This document shows, in pieces, positions 40,006-50,635 of a stretch of DNA of 64,000 bases (its first letter is position 1; each line of letters begins with the position of its first letter). Below the pieces are notes generated by a model that saw only the letters and a program-made list of their open reading frames with translations, had not been told where the DNA came from and did not search any database. The stretch is from assembly GCA_963709635.1 (NCBI GenBank), contig CAVPXA010000028.1, positions 70,020 to 134,019 on the forward strand. Direction: 5' to 3'. A program made the translations under genes and the position numbers. Origin of the DNA: an uncultured Thermoleophilia bacterium (GTDB lineage Bacteria; Actinomycetota; Thermoleophilia; UBA2241).

Positions 40006-40812
40006 TCACCAGTCGGAGAACCCGGTGTTGTACCAGATCTTCTTGGTGCCCTTCTTGGCGCGCTTCTCCCACTTCTTGGTCTTGGGCTCGCGGTCGATGC
40101 GCGCGCGGACCTCGTCGGCCTTCTGCTTGATCTTGGCCTTCTGCTCGTCGCTGAGCGCGTCCACGCCGTCGACGTGGTCCTTGACGCGGTCGAGGTTCGT
40201 GGTCGCGGTGTACCAGAAGCCCCAGTCGTCGGCGAGACGCCGCGCGACGTAGCCCTCATTGACCTTCTTCGTGTCGTCCTCGCCGAAGTCGGCCACGGTG
40301 AAGAGGTACTCGATGTCCTTGAGGTCCTTGTCGTTGATCTCCCAGATCTGCAGCTTCTGCAGCATGATGTCGGCGAGCGAGACGCTCCAGGGGTCGAGCT
40401 CGAGACGGCCGTCGTAGTTGATCTCGTGGCAGTAGTCGAGCTTGTCGAAGAAGATGTCGATCATGGGGACCTTGCCGCCGAAGTAGATCTGGCGGGTCTG
40501 GCCGGTCATCGCCATGGTCTGCAGGTCGTTCTCGTAGCCGAGCGACTCCATCAGCTTGCCCATGCCCTTGCGGCCCTTGCCGTAGACGGCGAAGTCGATG
40601 TCGGTGAAGTAGCGGTCGCCCAGCCGCTCGAGCTTCGCGTACAGGTCGACCTGGTCCGGGAAGTAGTAGTGGAGCGCGAGGGGGCCCATGACGCGCATGA
40701 TGATGCCCTGCTGCTGCGCCGCTTCCGCGATGCGCTTGCCCTCGTCGAGGAAGACCTCAGGCTTGGGATAGCGGTCGAGCGGGATGTCCTTCGGCAGGAT
40801 GAACTGTCCCAT
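40006..40812 (-). CDS. Hypothetical protein, possible nucleotidyltransferase fold
   Basis: 268 aa intact ORF, Lys/Asp/Trp/Tyr-rich. GPLALHYY...RYFTDIDFAV resembles an NTase G-x-A...D-x-D motif. No family recognised with confidence. Confidence 0.55.
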   Translation of the reverse strand: MGQFILPKDIPLDRYPKPEVFLDEGKRIAEAAQQQGIIMRVMGPLALHYYFPDQVDLYAKLERLGDRYFTDIDFAVYGKGRKGMGKLMESLGYENDLQTMAMTGQTRQIYFGGKVPMIDIFFDKLDYCHEINYDGRLELDPWSVSLADIMLQKLQIWEINDKDLKDIEYLFTVADFGEDDTKKVNEGYVARRLADDWGFWYTATTNLDRVKDHVDGVDALSDEQKAKIKQKADEVRARIDREPKTKKWEKRAKKGTKKIWYNTGFSDW

Positions 40813-40873
40813 CTGTGTCTATCGCCCCCTTCCGGGTTCGGCGTCGTGTAGAAGACTGGAGTCTACGCTCGAC

Positions 40874-41806
40874 TCACCCGGAGGTGAAGACGTAGTCCTT
40901 GATCTTCTTCTTGTCGAGCATGATGATGACGCCCTTCAGGATGCCCTCGGAGTACTCGCTGCCCGGGTTGATGAGCAGCGTGCGGCCGGCCTTCTGCGCG
41001 CCGCGCGACTCGTGGATGTGGCCGTGCAGGCCGAGGAGCGGCTGGTACTCCTCGATGACGCGCTTGGCGCCGAGGCTGCCGGCGTGGATCTTCTCGTCGG
41101 CGGCCATGGTGAGGTTCTCGTCGAGCTTCGGGCACAGGTCGAGCGAGTAGCCGTACGGCGGCACGTGGAAGTTGTAGATCGCCGTCTCCTGGTTCTTGAC
41201 CTTGGCGCAGAGCTCGCGCAGGTGCTTCTCGAGGTCTTCCTCGCTCATCTCGCGCGGCGTCTGCCACGGCGTGGGGTTGGACGCCGACGAGGTGATCATC
41301 TCGTGATGGTCGATCTCGACGACGCGCTTGTCGCACGGGTGCACGAGCTTGGCGTTGTCGATCATGTCGTCGATCACGAACCAGTCGTCGTTGCCCGGCG
41401 CCATGTACATCTGGAACGGCTTGCCCTCGAGACGCTCGTCGGCGAGGTCGAGCCACTCCTGCACGCGCGCGAACACGAGGCTCTTGAACAGCGCGTCGAT
41501 CTTGGCCGGGTCGGCGCGCGTGTCGTCGAACTCGTCGCGCGTCTGGTGGACCCAGTAGTAGCCCGCGTTCTCGGTGGTCTTCTTGATGTCCGCGAGCTCC
41601 TCTTGCCCGTTGATCTCGCGGTACTGCCCCATCAGGGTGCATTCCCACTGGTCCCCGCCCTTGTCGACGAGCGGCACGAGGACCTTGCCGGTGAGGTCAC
41701 CCATGAGCACGGCCAGGTCGGCGCCGTAGATCGGAAGCGCGTTCAGGAACTTCCGGTAGCACACGTTCGAGCCGTGGATGTCGGTGACCATGAAAAGCTT
41801 GTTCAT
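40874..41806 (-). CDS. Metallophosphoesterase (calcineurin-like) family protein
   Basis: 310 aa. FMVTDIHGS, VLMGDLTG, APGNDD, HGHIHES motifs. Confidence 0.8.
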   Translation of the reverse strand: MNKLFMVTDIHGSNVCYRKFLNALPIYGADLAVLMGDLTGKVLVPLVDKGGDQWECTLMGQYREINGQEELADIKKTTENAGYYWVHQTRDEFDDTRADPAKIDALFKSLVFARVQEWLDLADERLEGKPFQMYMAPGNDDWFVIDDMIDNAKLVHPCDKRVVEIDHHEMITSSASNPTPWQTPREMSEEDLEKHLRELCAKVKNQETAIYNFHVPPYGYSLDLCPKLDENLTMAADEKIHAGSLGAKRVIEEYQPLLGLHGHIHESRGAQKAGRTLLINPGSEYSEGILKGVIIMLDKKKIKDYVFTSG

Positions 41807-41874
41807 CTACACACTCCAAAGGCCAGAGAGGGGGTGAGGGCGGGTGCCCTCACCCCCTCAAGGTACTCGTTTGA

Positions 41875-43532
41875 TCACTCCGGCGGCAACTCCCCGTAGG
41901 TCATCGAGACGTCGACGCCCACGCTCTTGCTGCGCTGCTTCCAGAAGAGGTACCAGATGATGCCCGCGATCCACGTCACGGCGATGAGGATCGCCGTGTT
42001 GGTGGTGAAGCCCTCGAGGCGCTTGGCCGGGTCGGGCAGGAAGAAGAAGAAGTACGCCAGGATGCCCAGGTAGATGATGTCGACGATGGCGCCGATCGTG
42101 ACCACCGGGATGCCGGCGATCTTCCAGGTCTTGTACGGCGACGCGTCCCAGATCCCCCTGGCGCGCTTGACGTAGGGGAACAGCAGGGCCGCGATGGCCG
42201 TGACGCCGAACACCGAGAAGATCTCGAGCGCGGTCACCGCGAGGCCCTGCATCGCCTCGTTCTGCCAGAAGACGTACACGGCGATCATGATCTGGCCGAG
42301 CACGAAGCACAGGACGTGGTTCTTGACCGGGCTCGCGAAGCGCGGGTTGATGTCCGTGAACCACTTGGGACCCATGCGGTCCATGCCCCAGGCGAAGATG
42401 ATGCGCGGGAACGCCAGGTAGCTCAGGGCGATCCACCACAGGTTGAACGCCAGGAACGAGAGCACCGAGATGAACATGATGAGCTTGTTGGTGGTGACCA
42501 TGCCGAGGATGCCGAGGAAGTTGGTGCTCCACGGCACGGTGTACGCCCCGCCCAGGTCGCTGCCGGCGTTGTCGACGAACTGCGTGGCGCTGAAGAAGTC
42601 GAACTTGACGAGGCCGTACAGCGCGACGGCGGCCCACAGCATGAACACGCCGGGGACGATGATGGCGAAGAGGTTGGACAGGATGATGGTCTTGTCCGGG
42701 CGCTTGACCTCGCCGGCGATGAACGTGATGCAGTAGCTGTAGGCGAACAGCCACGAGCCGGCGACCATGACGCCGAAGGTGTCGAACCAGTTCCACGTGG
42801 TCGGCATGGCAGCGCCGGCCTCTTCGCCGGCCGCCGCGAGGAAGCCGGCGTAGTCGATGGAGCCGTAGGTGGCGGCGGTGGCGTTCCAGCTCTCGATGAA
42901 CCCGTCCTGGCCGATGCTTCAGGGCGTAGTAGCTGATGGCCGCGAGCAGCACGGCGCAGCCGCCGATGCCGAAGACCATGACGACCTTCTGGATGCGCGC
43001 GAACCACTTGATGCCGAACACCACGAAGAGGAACGCGATGATGTTGGCCACCGTCGCGATGACGAAGCAGCCCCAGGTGTAGCTGAGGCCGCCGAAGAAC
43101 TGTCTCGGTCTCGGGGTTGTAGAGCCAGGTCCAGCCCATGAACTGGGACATCATCACCATGCCCGGGTCGGCCGTCCAGGGCGCCAGCACGTAGATCCAC
43201 ATGATCCACACGAAGGCGTTGCCGAACGACTCGCCGATACCCACGATGGGGTGGATGATGCGCGAGTTGTAGATGTACTCGCCGCCGGAGCGGGGCATGG
43301 AGCCGCCGAGCACGCCCCAGACGATCGGGAACCCGATGCCGGCGAGGATCATGGAGATGATCGTCGCCCAGATGAGGTTACCGCCGAGGTAGACGCCGAC
43401 GCCGAGGCTGGTCATGACCCAGATGGACGGCGTGAGTCCCTGGTTCATGAAGCCGACGCCGAACGCGTCCCACATGGAGAGGCCGCGGACGAGGCCGCTG
43501 GCTTTGCGGGCAAAGGCTAGTTCTTCAGCCAA
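41875..43532 (-). pseudogene. APC-superfamily amino acid/amine permease, copy 1; indels near 42916 and 43100
   Basis: TTG 43532 after AAGGGGGG. Three frames (ORFs 42423..43616, 41858..43051, 41875..42807) join into one 12-TM-like permease that is collinear with copy 2. Confidence 0.8.
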
Positions 43533-43624
43533 AGTTCCCCCCTTGCTACAACGTCTCGCCGGCCCTGGCCCCAGTGCCGGCGATCGCCGTGGTTGATGAT
43601 ACGGGTACGCGGGCACGGCTCCGC

Positions 43625-44143
43625 TCAGCCGATCGCCCTCCCTTCTTCAGCGGCCTCGGACGGCACGTGCCACTGATAGACGTCCTTGAGCTTCCACGGC
43701 ACCATCGCGAGCTTGGTGCGCGTGACTCCAGGGACCTTGCCGATGACTTCGTTGACGAAGCGGAGGAGCTCCTCGGTGTCGCGTGCGTAGACCTGGACAC
43801 TGAGGTCGCCTTCGCCGACCGACCCCGCCACGTAGCTCACGGTGGGGAACTCGACCAGCTGTGCGGCGACGTCCTGCAGCTTGCCGGGGGCGACATCGAC
43901 GAGCACGTCGCCGATGACGGGGAAGCCGACGGCCTGGGGCATGACGATGGCGCTCACGCGGATGACGCCCGTGCGGATGAGGCGCTCGATCCGGTAGCGC
44001 ACGGCGCGCTCGGACACGTGCCCGATGCGCCGGGTGATCTCGGCCGACGAAGTGCGGCCGTCTTCTATGAGAAGCGACACGATCTGTCTGTCGATCGCGT
44101 CGAGGGTGAATGGCAACGCGCGACCCCCCTGGTCAGCGTCCAT
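43625..44143 (-). CDS. Lrp/AsnC-family transcriptional regulator
   Basis: 172 aa. LDAIDRQIVSLLIEDGRTSSAEITRRIGHVSERAVRYRIERL plus a C-terminal RAM-type domain. Confidence 0.85.
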   Translation of the reverse strand: MDADQGGRALPFTLDAIDRQIVSLLIEDGRTSSAEITRRIGHVSERAVRYRIERLIRTGVIRVSAIVMPQAVGFPVIGDVLVDVAPGKLQDVAAQLVEFPTVSYVAGSVGEGDLSVQVYARDTEELLRFVNEVIGKVPGVTRTKLAMVPWKLKDVYQWHVPSEAAEEGRAIG

Positions 44144-44200
44144 TCCTGAGCGCTATTTCGATACCTCGCGTCGGAAAATGTCAAGGGCCGGCGCGGATGC

Positions 44201-44245
44201 GTAGGATTCGGCAAGCCACGAATTTCGCACCCTGCCGAATCCTAC
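44201..44245. promoter_or_regulatory. 13-bp perfect inverted repeat upstream of the Lrp gene (candidate operator)
   Basis: gtaggattcggca-N19-tgccgaatcctac in the least GC-rich stretch of the 44144-44470 spacer. Confidence 0.3.
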
Positions 44246-44394
44246 AATCAGAGTAGGGACTGCCACGCCTCACGCGCACGAAGGCGCGCAGGAGCAGCGT
44301 GTTTCGGACGTTCATCCGAACGCCGGGCGACCCGTGCCGGCTGCGGATCCCGCGATCCGCTGCGGACCGCAGGCAACGGAGCGGCGAACGAAGT

Positions 44395-44428
44395 CCGGGG
44401 CGGCGCGCCGTTCGGCGCGCCGCCCCGG
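44395..44428 (-). terminator. Terminator-like GC hairpin after permease copy 2
   Basis: ccggggcggcgcgccg / cggcgcgccgccccgg, about 14 bp usable stem, 44 nt after the stop at 44472. Confidence 0.45.
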
Positions 44429-44471
44429 GGTCTTCACGTCGCCGGCAGGGCGACGGGGATCCGCGGGAGGG

Positions 44472-46100
44472 TCACTCCGGCGGCAGCTCCCCGTAGGTCA
44501 TGCCGACGTCGACGCCCACGGCCTTGCTGCGGGCGGTCCAGAAGAAGTACCAGACGACGCCGATGGCCCAGACGATGCAGTAGAGGATCCACGACTCGCC
44601 GTTCGAGTCCTTCATCTCCTCCGTGAAGATCAGGAAGTAGAAGAGGATGGCCAGGTAGACGAGGCTGACCGCGGCGCCCCAGCTGACCAGCGGGATGCCG
44701 AGGAACTTCCAGGTCTTGTACGGCGACGAGTCCCAGATGCCCCTGGCGCGCTTCACGTAGGGGAAGATGAGCGCCGCGATGGTGGTGACGCCCCACACCG
44801 AGACGATCTCCATGCCGGTGATCGTGAGGCCCTGCATGTAGCTGCCGAGCCAGAAGGTGTAGAGGGCGATCGCGCCCTGGCAGAGGACGAAGCAGAGGAT
44901 GTAGTTCTTCACCGGGCTCGCCCAGCGCGGCGTTGATCGACGTGAACCACTTGGGGCCCATGCGGTCCATGCCCCACGCGAAGATGATGCGCGGGAAGGC
45001 GAGGTAGCTCAGCGCCACGTACCAGAAGGTGAAGAGGATGTACGAGAGGCTCGCCGCGAACGCCACGAACCAGTTGGAGTGGGCGATGTAGGCGAGGCTC
45101 ATGTAGCTCGGCAGGAACGGCAGGTTGTAGCCCGTCGATGCCGCCGTTGTTGTCGATCCACGCCGTCGCCGAGATGAACTCGAACGGCATGACCTTGTAC
45201 ATCGAGAGCGCCGTCCAGATCATGAGCAGCGCCGGCACGAGGATGGCGACGAAGTTGGCGGTGATGAGGGTCTTGTCCGGCCGCTTGACCTCGCCGGCCA
45301 CGAACACGCAGAAGTAGGCGTAGGCGAACAGCCACGAGCCCGGCCACCATGACGCCGAGTGTGCCGTAGAAGGTGGATGACGTCGGGACGGCCTCGCCGA
45401 TGGCGGCCGACACGGCCGGCACGACCTCGCTGTACTTGAGCGAGTCGTACTGCGCCGCGAGCTTGTCCCAGTTCTCCGCCATCGCCGTCTTGCTGCTGAG
45501 CATGATGGAGCCGGTGACGACAGCGGCGCCGCCGAGGGCGAAGAACATGATCGACTTCTGGATGGTGGCGAAGATCTTGACGCCGAAGACCATGGTGAGC
45601 ACCGCCAGGACGTTGGCGATGGTCGCGACGACGAAGACGCCCCACTCGTAGCTGAGGCCGCCGAAGAAGGCGCCGGTGGCCGGGTCGTAGAGCCACGCCC
45701 AGCCCTGGTATTCGGCGAGGATGACGAGCCCCGGGTCGGCGATCCACGGCGCCAACACGTAGACCCAGAAGATCATGACGAAGGCGTTGCCGAAGCTCTC
45801 GGCGATGCCGACGATCGGGTGGATGATGCGCGAGTTGTAGATGTACTCGCCGCCGGAGCGCGGCATGCTGCCGGAGAGGATGCCCCAGACGAGCGGGAAG
45901 CCGAAGCCCACGAGGACGAGCGAGATGACGCTGGCCCACAGCAGGTTGCCGGTGAGATACGTACCGAGGCCCCAGGTGATCATCGTCCAGATGCTGGGCG
46001 TGATGCCCTGGTTCATGAGGCCCACGGCCACGGCGTCGGTCATCGAGAGGCCGCGCACGAGGCCGCTTGCTTTGCGTGCGAATGCGAGTTCTTCTGCCAC
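44472..46100 (-). pseudogene. APC-superfamily permease, copy 2 (paralog of 41875-43532); indels near 44931, 45130 and 45339
   Basis: GTG 46100 after AAGGGGGG. Four ORF fragments (45099..46184, 44909..45307, 44434..45102, 44472..44912). Shared blocks with copy 1: AEELAFARKASGLVRGLSM, SMPRSGGEYIYNSRIIHPIVGI, AGEVKRPDKT, AFPRIIFAWGMDRMGPKWFT, FPYVKRARGIWD, VGVDVxMTYGELPPE. Confidence 0.8.
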
Positions 46101-46368
46101 ACTACCCCCCTTGTCTGCGGACGACCGGCCGACCCCTGGCGGCGCGCCCGCGTTCAGTAGTGCTGAGGACTGCCGCTGCGTCATCCCCCTCTCGATCGCG
46201 GTGCGGAACAGGCTCTTGGTTGCTCAGCCAACCAACCTTACGCACAGGATACCGCCGGGGGCAAGGGGATCGTGGACGAAGACGAGACCGGGCCGGGGAG
46301 GCGAGCGCCGCTGCCCGGCACCGGTCCGGCGCGCATGCGGGCGCCGTGAGGCGCCCTCCGCGCGGCCG

Positions 46369-48257
46369 TCAGGTGTGCTGCGCGTGGACGGCCGCCTCGA
46401 TCTCCTCCGGCCCGCTGACGACCTTGACCGCGTCGAACTTGCAGGCGGCGCGGCAGGCGTCGCACTTGATGCACAGCGACTGGTCGATGACGTGCGGCGC
46501 CTTCTTCTCGCCCGTGGCCGCGTCGACCGGGCACTTCTTGGCGCACAGCGTGCAGCCGGTGCAGGCGTCCGGGTCGACGGTGTAGGCGATGAGCGCCTCG
46601 CAGGCGAGCGCCGGGCAGCGGTGGTCGTCGATGTGCGCCTGGTACTCGTCGCGGAAGTAGCGGATGGTGGTGAGCACCGGGTTGGGCGCCGTCTGGCCGA
46701 GGCCGCAGAGGCTCGTGCTGCTTGATGTTCACGGCCATGCTCTCCAGCCGCTCGATGTCGCCCTCCTCCCCGTCGCCCTCGGTGATGCGCTCGAGGATCT
46801 CGAGCATGCGCTTGGTGCCGAGGCGGCAGGGGACGCACTTGCCGCAGCTCTCGTTCTGGGTGAACTGCAGGAAGAACTTGGCGAGGTCGACCATGCAGGT
46901 GCTGTCGTCGGCCACGACCATGCCGCCGGAGCCGACGATGGCGCCGGTCGCGGCGAGGCTCTCGTAGTCGACCGGCGTGTCGAGCAGACTCGCCGGCACG
47001 CAGCCGCCCGAGGGGCCGCCGAGCTGGACGGCCTTGAACTTCTTGCCGTCCTTGATGCCGCCGCCGACGTCGAAGATGACGTGGCGCAGCGTCGAGCCCA
47101 TGGGCACCTCGACGAGGCCGCCGTTGACGATCTTGCCGGCGAGGCTGAACGCCTTGGTGCCGCGGCTGGTCTCGGTGCCGAGCGCGGCGTAGGCAGCCGC
47201 GCCGTTGGCGACGATCCAGGGCACGTTGGCCCAGGTCTCGACGTTGTTGATGTTGGTGGGCTTGCCCCAGAGGCCGCTGGCCGCGGGGAACGGCGGCCGC
47301 GTGCGCGGCATGCCGCGCTTGCCCTCGATGGAGGCGATCAGCGCCGTCTCCTCGCCGCAGACGAAGGCGCCGGCGCCCTCCTTGATCTTGAGGTGGAAGC
47401 TCCAGCCGCTGCCGAGCGCGTCGTCGCCCAGCAGGCCGCGCTCCTCGGCGGCCGCGATGGCCATGCGCAGGCGCTTGACGGCGAGCGGGTACTCGGCGCG
47501 CACGTAGATGTAGCCGTCGTGCGCGCCGATCGCGTAGCTGCCGATGAGCATGCCCTCGAGCACGGCGTGCGGGTCGCCGTCCATGATGGAGGCGTCCATG
47601 AACGCGCCGGGGTCGCCCTCGTCGCCGTTGCAGATGATGTACTTGGTGTCGCCCGGCGAGGCCGCCGCGAACTTCCACTTCATGCCCGTCGGGAACCCCG
47701 CGCCGCCGCGGCCGCGCAGGCCGGAGTCGAGCATCTCCTCGATGATCTGCTCGGGCTTCATCGTCGTGAGCGCCTTGCGCGCGGCCTCGTAGCCGCCGCG
47801 CGCCAGGTACTCGTCCAGGCTCTCCGGGTCGATGACGCCCACGTCGCGCAGCGCGATGCGCGTCTGCGCCTTGTAGAAGGGGATGTCGTGCGCGCAGGCG
47901 ATGCGCTCGCCGGTGGCGGGGTCGATGTAGAGGAGCTTCTCCACCACCTCGCCGCCGGCGAGGTGCCCGGTGACCACCGTCGCGACGTCCTTGAGCTTGA
48001 GCCGCGGGTAGTACGTGTCGCCGTCCGAGACCACGGCCAGCGGGCCCTGCGAGCAGAGGCCGTGGCAGCCGATGATGCTCACCTCGACCTCGTCCTGCAG
48101 GCCGGCGGCGGCGATCTGCGCCTCGAACTCGTCCTTGATCTTCATGGAGCCGGCGAACACGCAGGCGGTGCCGGCGCAGACACTGCACGCGGCGCCGGCC
48201 GTCCGGCGTGGCGCCGACCTCGACCCTGACGCCCTCGGGCACGGTGGTCTCAGGCAT
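46369..48257 (-). pseudogene. NuoF/HydB-type NAD(P)H-binding FMN iron-sulfur flavoprotein with N-terminal 2Fe-2S and C-terminal 2x[4Fe-4S] domains; indels near 46717 and 48199
   Basis: ATG 48257. CAGTACVFAGS...GCHGLCSQGP; GRGGAGFPTGMKW; ICNGDEGDPGAFMD; ESCGKCVPCR; [13 protein letters not shown]; [12 protein letters not shown]...[11 protein letters not shown]. Confidence 0.88.
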
Positions 48258-48799
48258 CGGGCCCGCCCTCCTGCTCCGCGGCGACCGACTCGAGCAGCTT
48301 GCGCGCGATCTTGCGCGTCTCGTCGGCGGTGAGGTTGCCGTAGGTCTCGTCGTCGATGCGCATGACCGGCGCCTGCGAGCAGGCGCCCATGCAGGCGACG
48401 GAGTCGAGGCCGAACTCGCGGTCGGCGCGCGTCTCGCCGTCGGCGACGCTCGAGCTCCTGCTCCAGCGCCTCGGTGATGCGCGTCGCGCCGGCGACGTGG
48501 CAGGCGGTGCCGTGGCAGACGAAGCACTTGTGCCGCCCGGTGGGCACCGTGGTGAACTGGGCGTAGAAGGTGATGATGCCGTAGATGCGCGAGGCGCGGA
48601 TGCCGCTGAGCCGCGCGATCTCGTCGACCACCGGCTCCGGCAGGTAGCCGAAGACCTCCTGGGCGCGCTGCAGCAGCGCGATCAGGTTGCCGTGCGGGTC
48701 GATCTCCCCGACGATCTCGGCGACCTGGGAGAGGTCGAGGTCGAGGTCCGGGTCGCCGGCGGACCCGCCGGCCGCCGGAGTGGCTTCTCGCCTGGGCAT
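48250..48799 (-). pseudogene. NuoE/HydC-type [2Fe-2S] thioredoxin-like subunit; indel near 48451
   Basis: ATG 48799. LIALLQRAQEVFGYLP...IYGIITFYAQF...CHGTACHVAG, then (other frame) VACMGACSQAPVMRIDDETYGNL. 8-nt overlap with the flavoprotein gene. Confidence 0.85.
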
Positions 48800-48956
48800 C
48801 ACATCAACTCCGCTTCGCGCTTTGCGCATCCGTCGGGCGAGCGCCCGGTCCGAGCGGGCTCAGGCTCGCCCGCAGCTAGTGAACCACACTTGGCGGGCGG
48901 CGGGTACCGCGGCCCTCGAGGGCCGCCGCGCCCGCCGCCCGCCGTCGTTCTCAGCC

Positions 48957-49809
48957 TCAGACGCCCGTCTGCGCCTTGCAGGCGACGAGGGCGTTCTTGA
49001 GCAGGATGACGTTGGTCACGGGGCCGACGCCGCCGGGGACCGGCGTGACGCGGCCGGCGACCTCGCACACGGCCTCGAACTCGAGCGAGCCGACCTGCTT
49101 GCCCTCCACGCGGATCGTCGTCACGTCGATGACGATCGCGCCCGGCTTGACCATGTCGGCCTTGATCAGGTTCTGCACCGGGGCCGCGCAGATGAGCACG
49201 TCGGCCTCGCGGCAGGCGGCCGGGCACGTCCTTGCTGAACACGTGCACGACGTGGACCGAGGCGTTGCGGTTGAGGCAGAGCAGCGCCACCGGCTTCCCG
49301 ACGATGTTCGAGTGGTTGACGATCGTGACGTCGAGGCCCTGCAGCTCGATGCCCTCGCGGTCGAGGATCTCGATGCAGGCGCTCGGCGTGGCCGGCGCGA
49401 AGAGCTGGTCGCCGAGCAGGACGTGGCCGATGTTGGCCGGGTTGACGCAGTCGAGGTCCTTCTCGGGCGCGATCGCGTTGAACACCGTGTTCTGGTCGAT
49501 CTGCGCGTCCATCGGCATGAGCGCGAGGATGCCGTGCACGGCCGCGTCGGCGTTGAGCTTGGCGATGAGGTCGAGGATCTCGGCCTCGCTGGAGCCCGCC
49601 GGGAGCATGTGGTTGAAGTACTCGAAGCCCACCGTGGCGGTGTTCTTCTCGATCTGGCCGCGGTAGAACTGCGCGCCGCCGTCCTCGCCCACCAGGATGG
49701 TGGCGACGCCGGGCTTGACGCCCTTGGTCGCGAGCGCGGCGACCTCGGCCTTGATCTCTTCGCGGACCTGCTCGGCGATCGCCTTGCCGTCGATGATCTG
49801 AGCTGCCAT
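48957..49809 (-). pseudogene. folD: Bifunctional methylene-THF dehydrogenase / methenyl-THF cyclohydrolase; indel near 49224
   Basis: MAAQIIDGKAIAEQVREE...PGVATILVGED..AQFY...VNPANIG...IVGKPVALL (ORF 48799..49809), then ADVLICAAPVQNLIKADMVKPGAIVIDV...TPVPGGVGPVT (ORF 48957..49199). Confidence 0.9.
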
Positions 49810-49844
49810 GGCTTCCCTCTCGTGTCGTCGTCAGGGGGTGATGA

Positions 49845-50486
49845 TCAGAGCTTGGAGAGCGTGATGGCGAGGACCTCTTCGCGCAGCGCCGCGGCCTCCG
49901 CCTGGATCTTGTCGATCTCGGCGGCCGCGGCGATCGTGTAGTCGCAGTCCTCGATGGAGCCGAGGTTGATGCGCACGTTGAGCGCGGCGCCGACCACGGC
50001 GGCCTCGCCGAGGATCGCGCCGATGCCGGCGTCGGTGATCGCCTGCGGGTTGCCGAGCTCGGCCGCCGTCTTGCTGAGGCGGCAGACGTCGACGGCGACG
50101 CGGCAGATCTCGAGCGGGACGTCGGCGGCGATGACGAGGCCGGCCTGCACGGCCGCCTTGCGCGCCGCCTTCTCCTCGGCCGTCTCCTTGGGCATCTTGT
50201 AGGCGTCGATGACGCCGTTGTACGCCGTGGTGTCGTCCTGCAGCAGCTTCTCGAGCTTGACCCGGGCCGCCTCGGACTTCTCGACGAGCGCGACGATCTC
50301 CGTCTCGACGTCGGCGAACTTCTCGCGGCCCTGGGTGAGGTTGCAGACCATGGTGACGAGCGCCGCGCCGAGCGCGCCGACGCAGGCGGAGACGCTGCCG
50401 CCGCCCGGCGCCGGCTTCTTGCTGGCGGCGTCGTCGAGGTAGACCTGCAGGGGTTCAGTCGCGTAGATGGTGGGACCGTCGCTCAC
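49845..50486 (-). CDS. fchA: Cyclodeaminase/cyclohydrolase-family protein (FchA-like methenyl-THF cyclohydrolase)
   Basis: 213 aa. FtcD C-domain-type PAPGGGSVSACVGALGAALVTMVCNLT. Confidence 0.8.
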   Translation of the reverse strand: MSDGPTIYATEPLQVYLDDAASKKPAPGGGSVSACVGALGAALVTMVCNLTQGREKFADVETEIVALVEKSEAARVKLEKLLQDDTTAYNGVIDAYKMPKETAEEKAARKAAVQAGLVIAADVPLEICRVAVDVCRLSKTAAELGNPQAITDAGIGAILGEAAVVGAALNVRINLGSIEDCDYTIAAAAEIDKIQAEAAALREEVLAITLSKL

Positions 50487-50635
50487 CGTGTACCTCCAGC
50501 GCGGCGCCTCGCGGCGTCGCGGACGGGGAGCGACCGGCGGGGGCCGGCGGAGCGCCGGCCGGGTCGGAGCCCTGGAGGGCTCCGCGGGGCGCCGGCCGCT
50601 GGCCGGCCGGCGCCCCGGGTCGCTCCTTCAGGTTC

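Noticed and set aside
40006-46100. Horizontally acquired island or mobile element around the permease/metallophosphoesterase block (proteins look compositionally different, Lys/Trp/Tyr-rich).
   Set aside because: No integrase, transposase, flanking direct repeats or tRNA target. Third-position GC looks as high as in neighbouring genes, so the difference is in amino-acid composition only.
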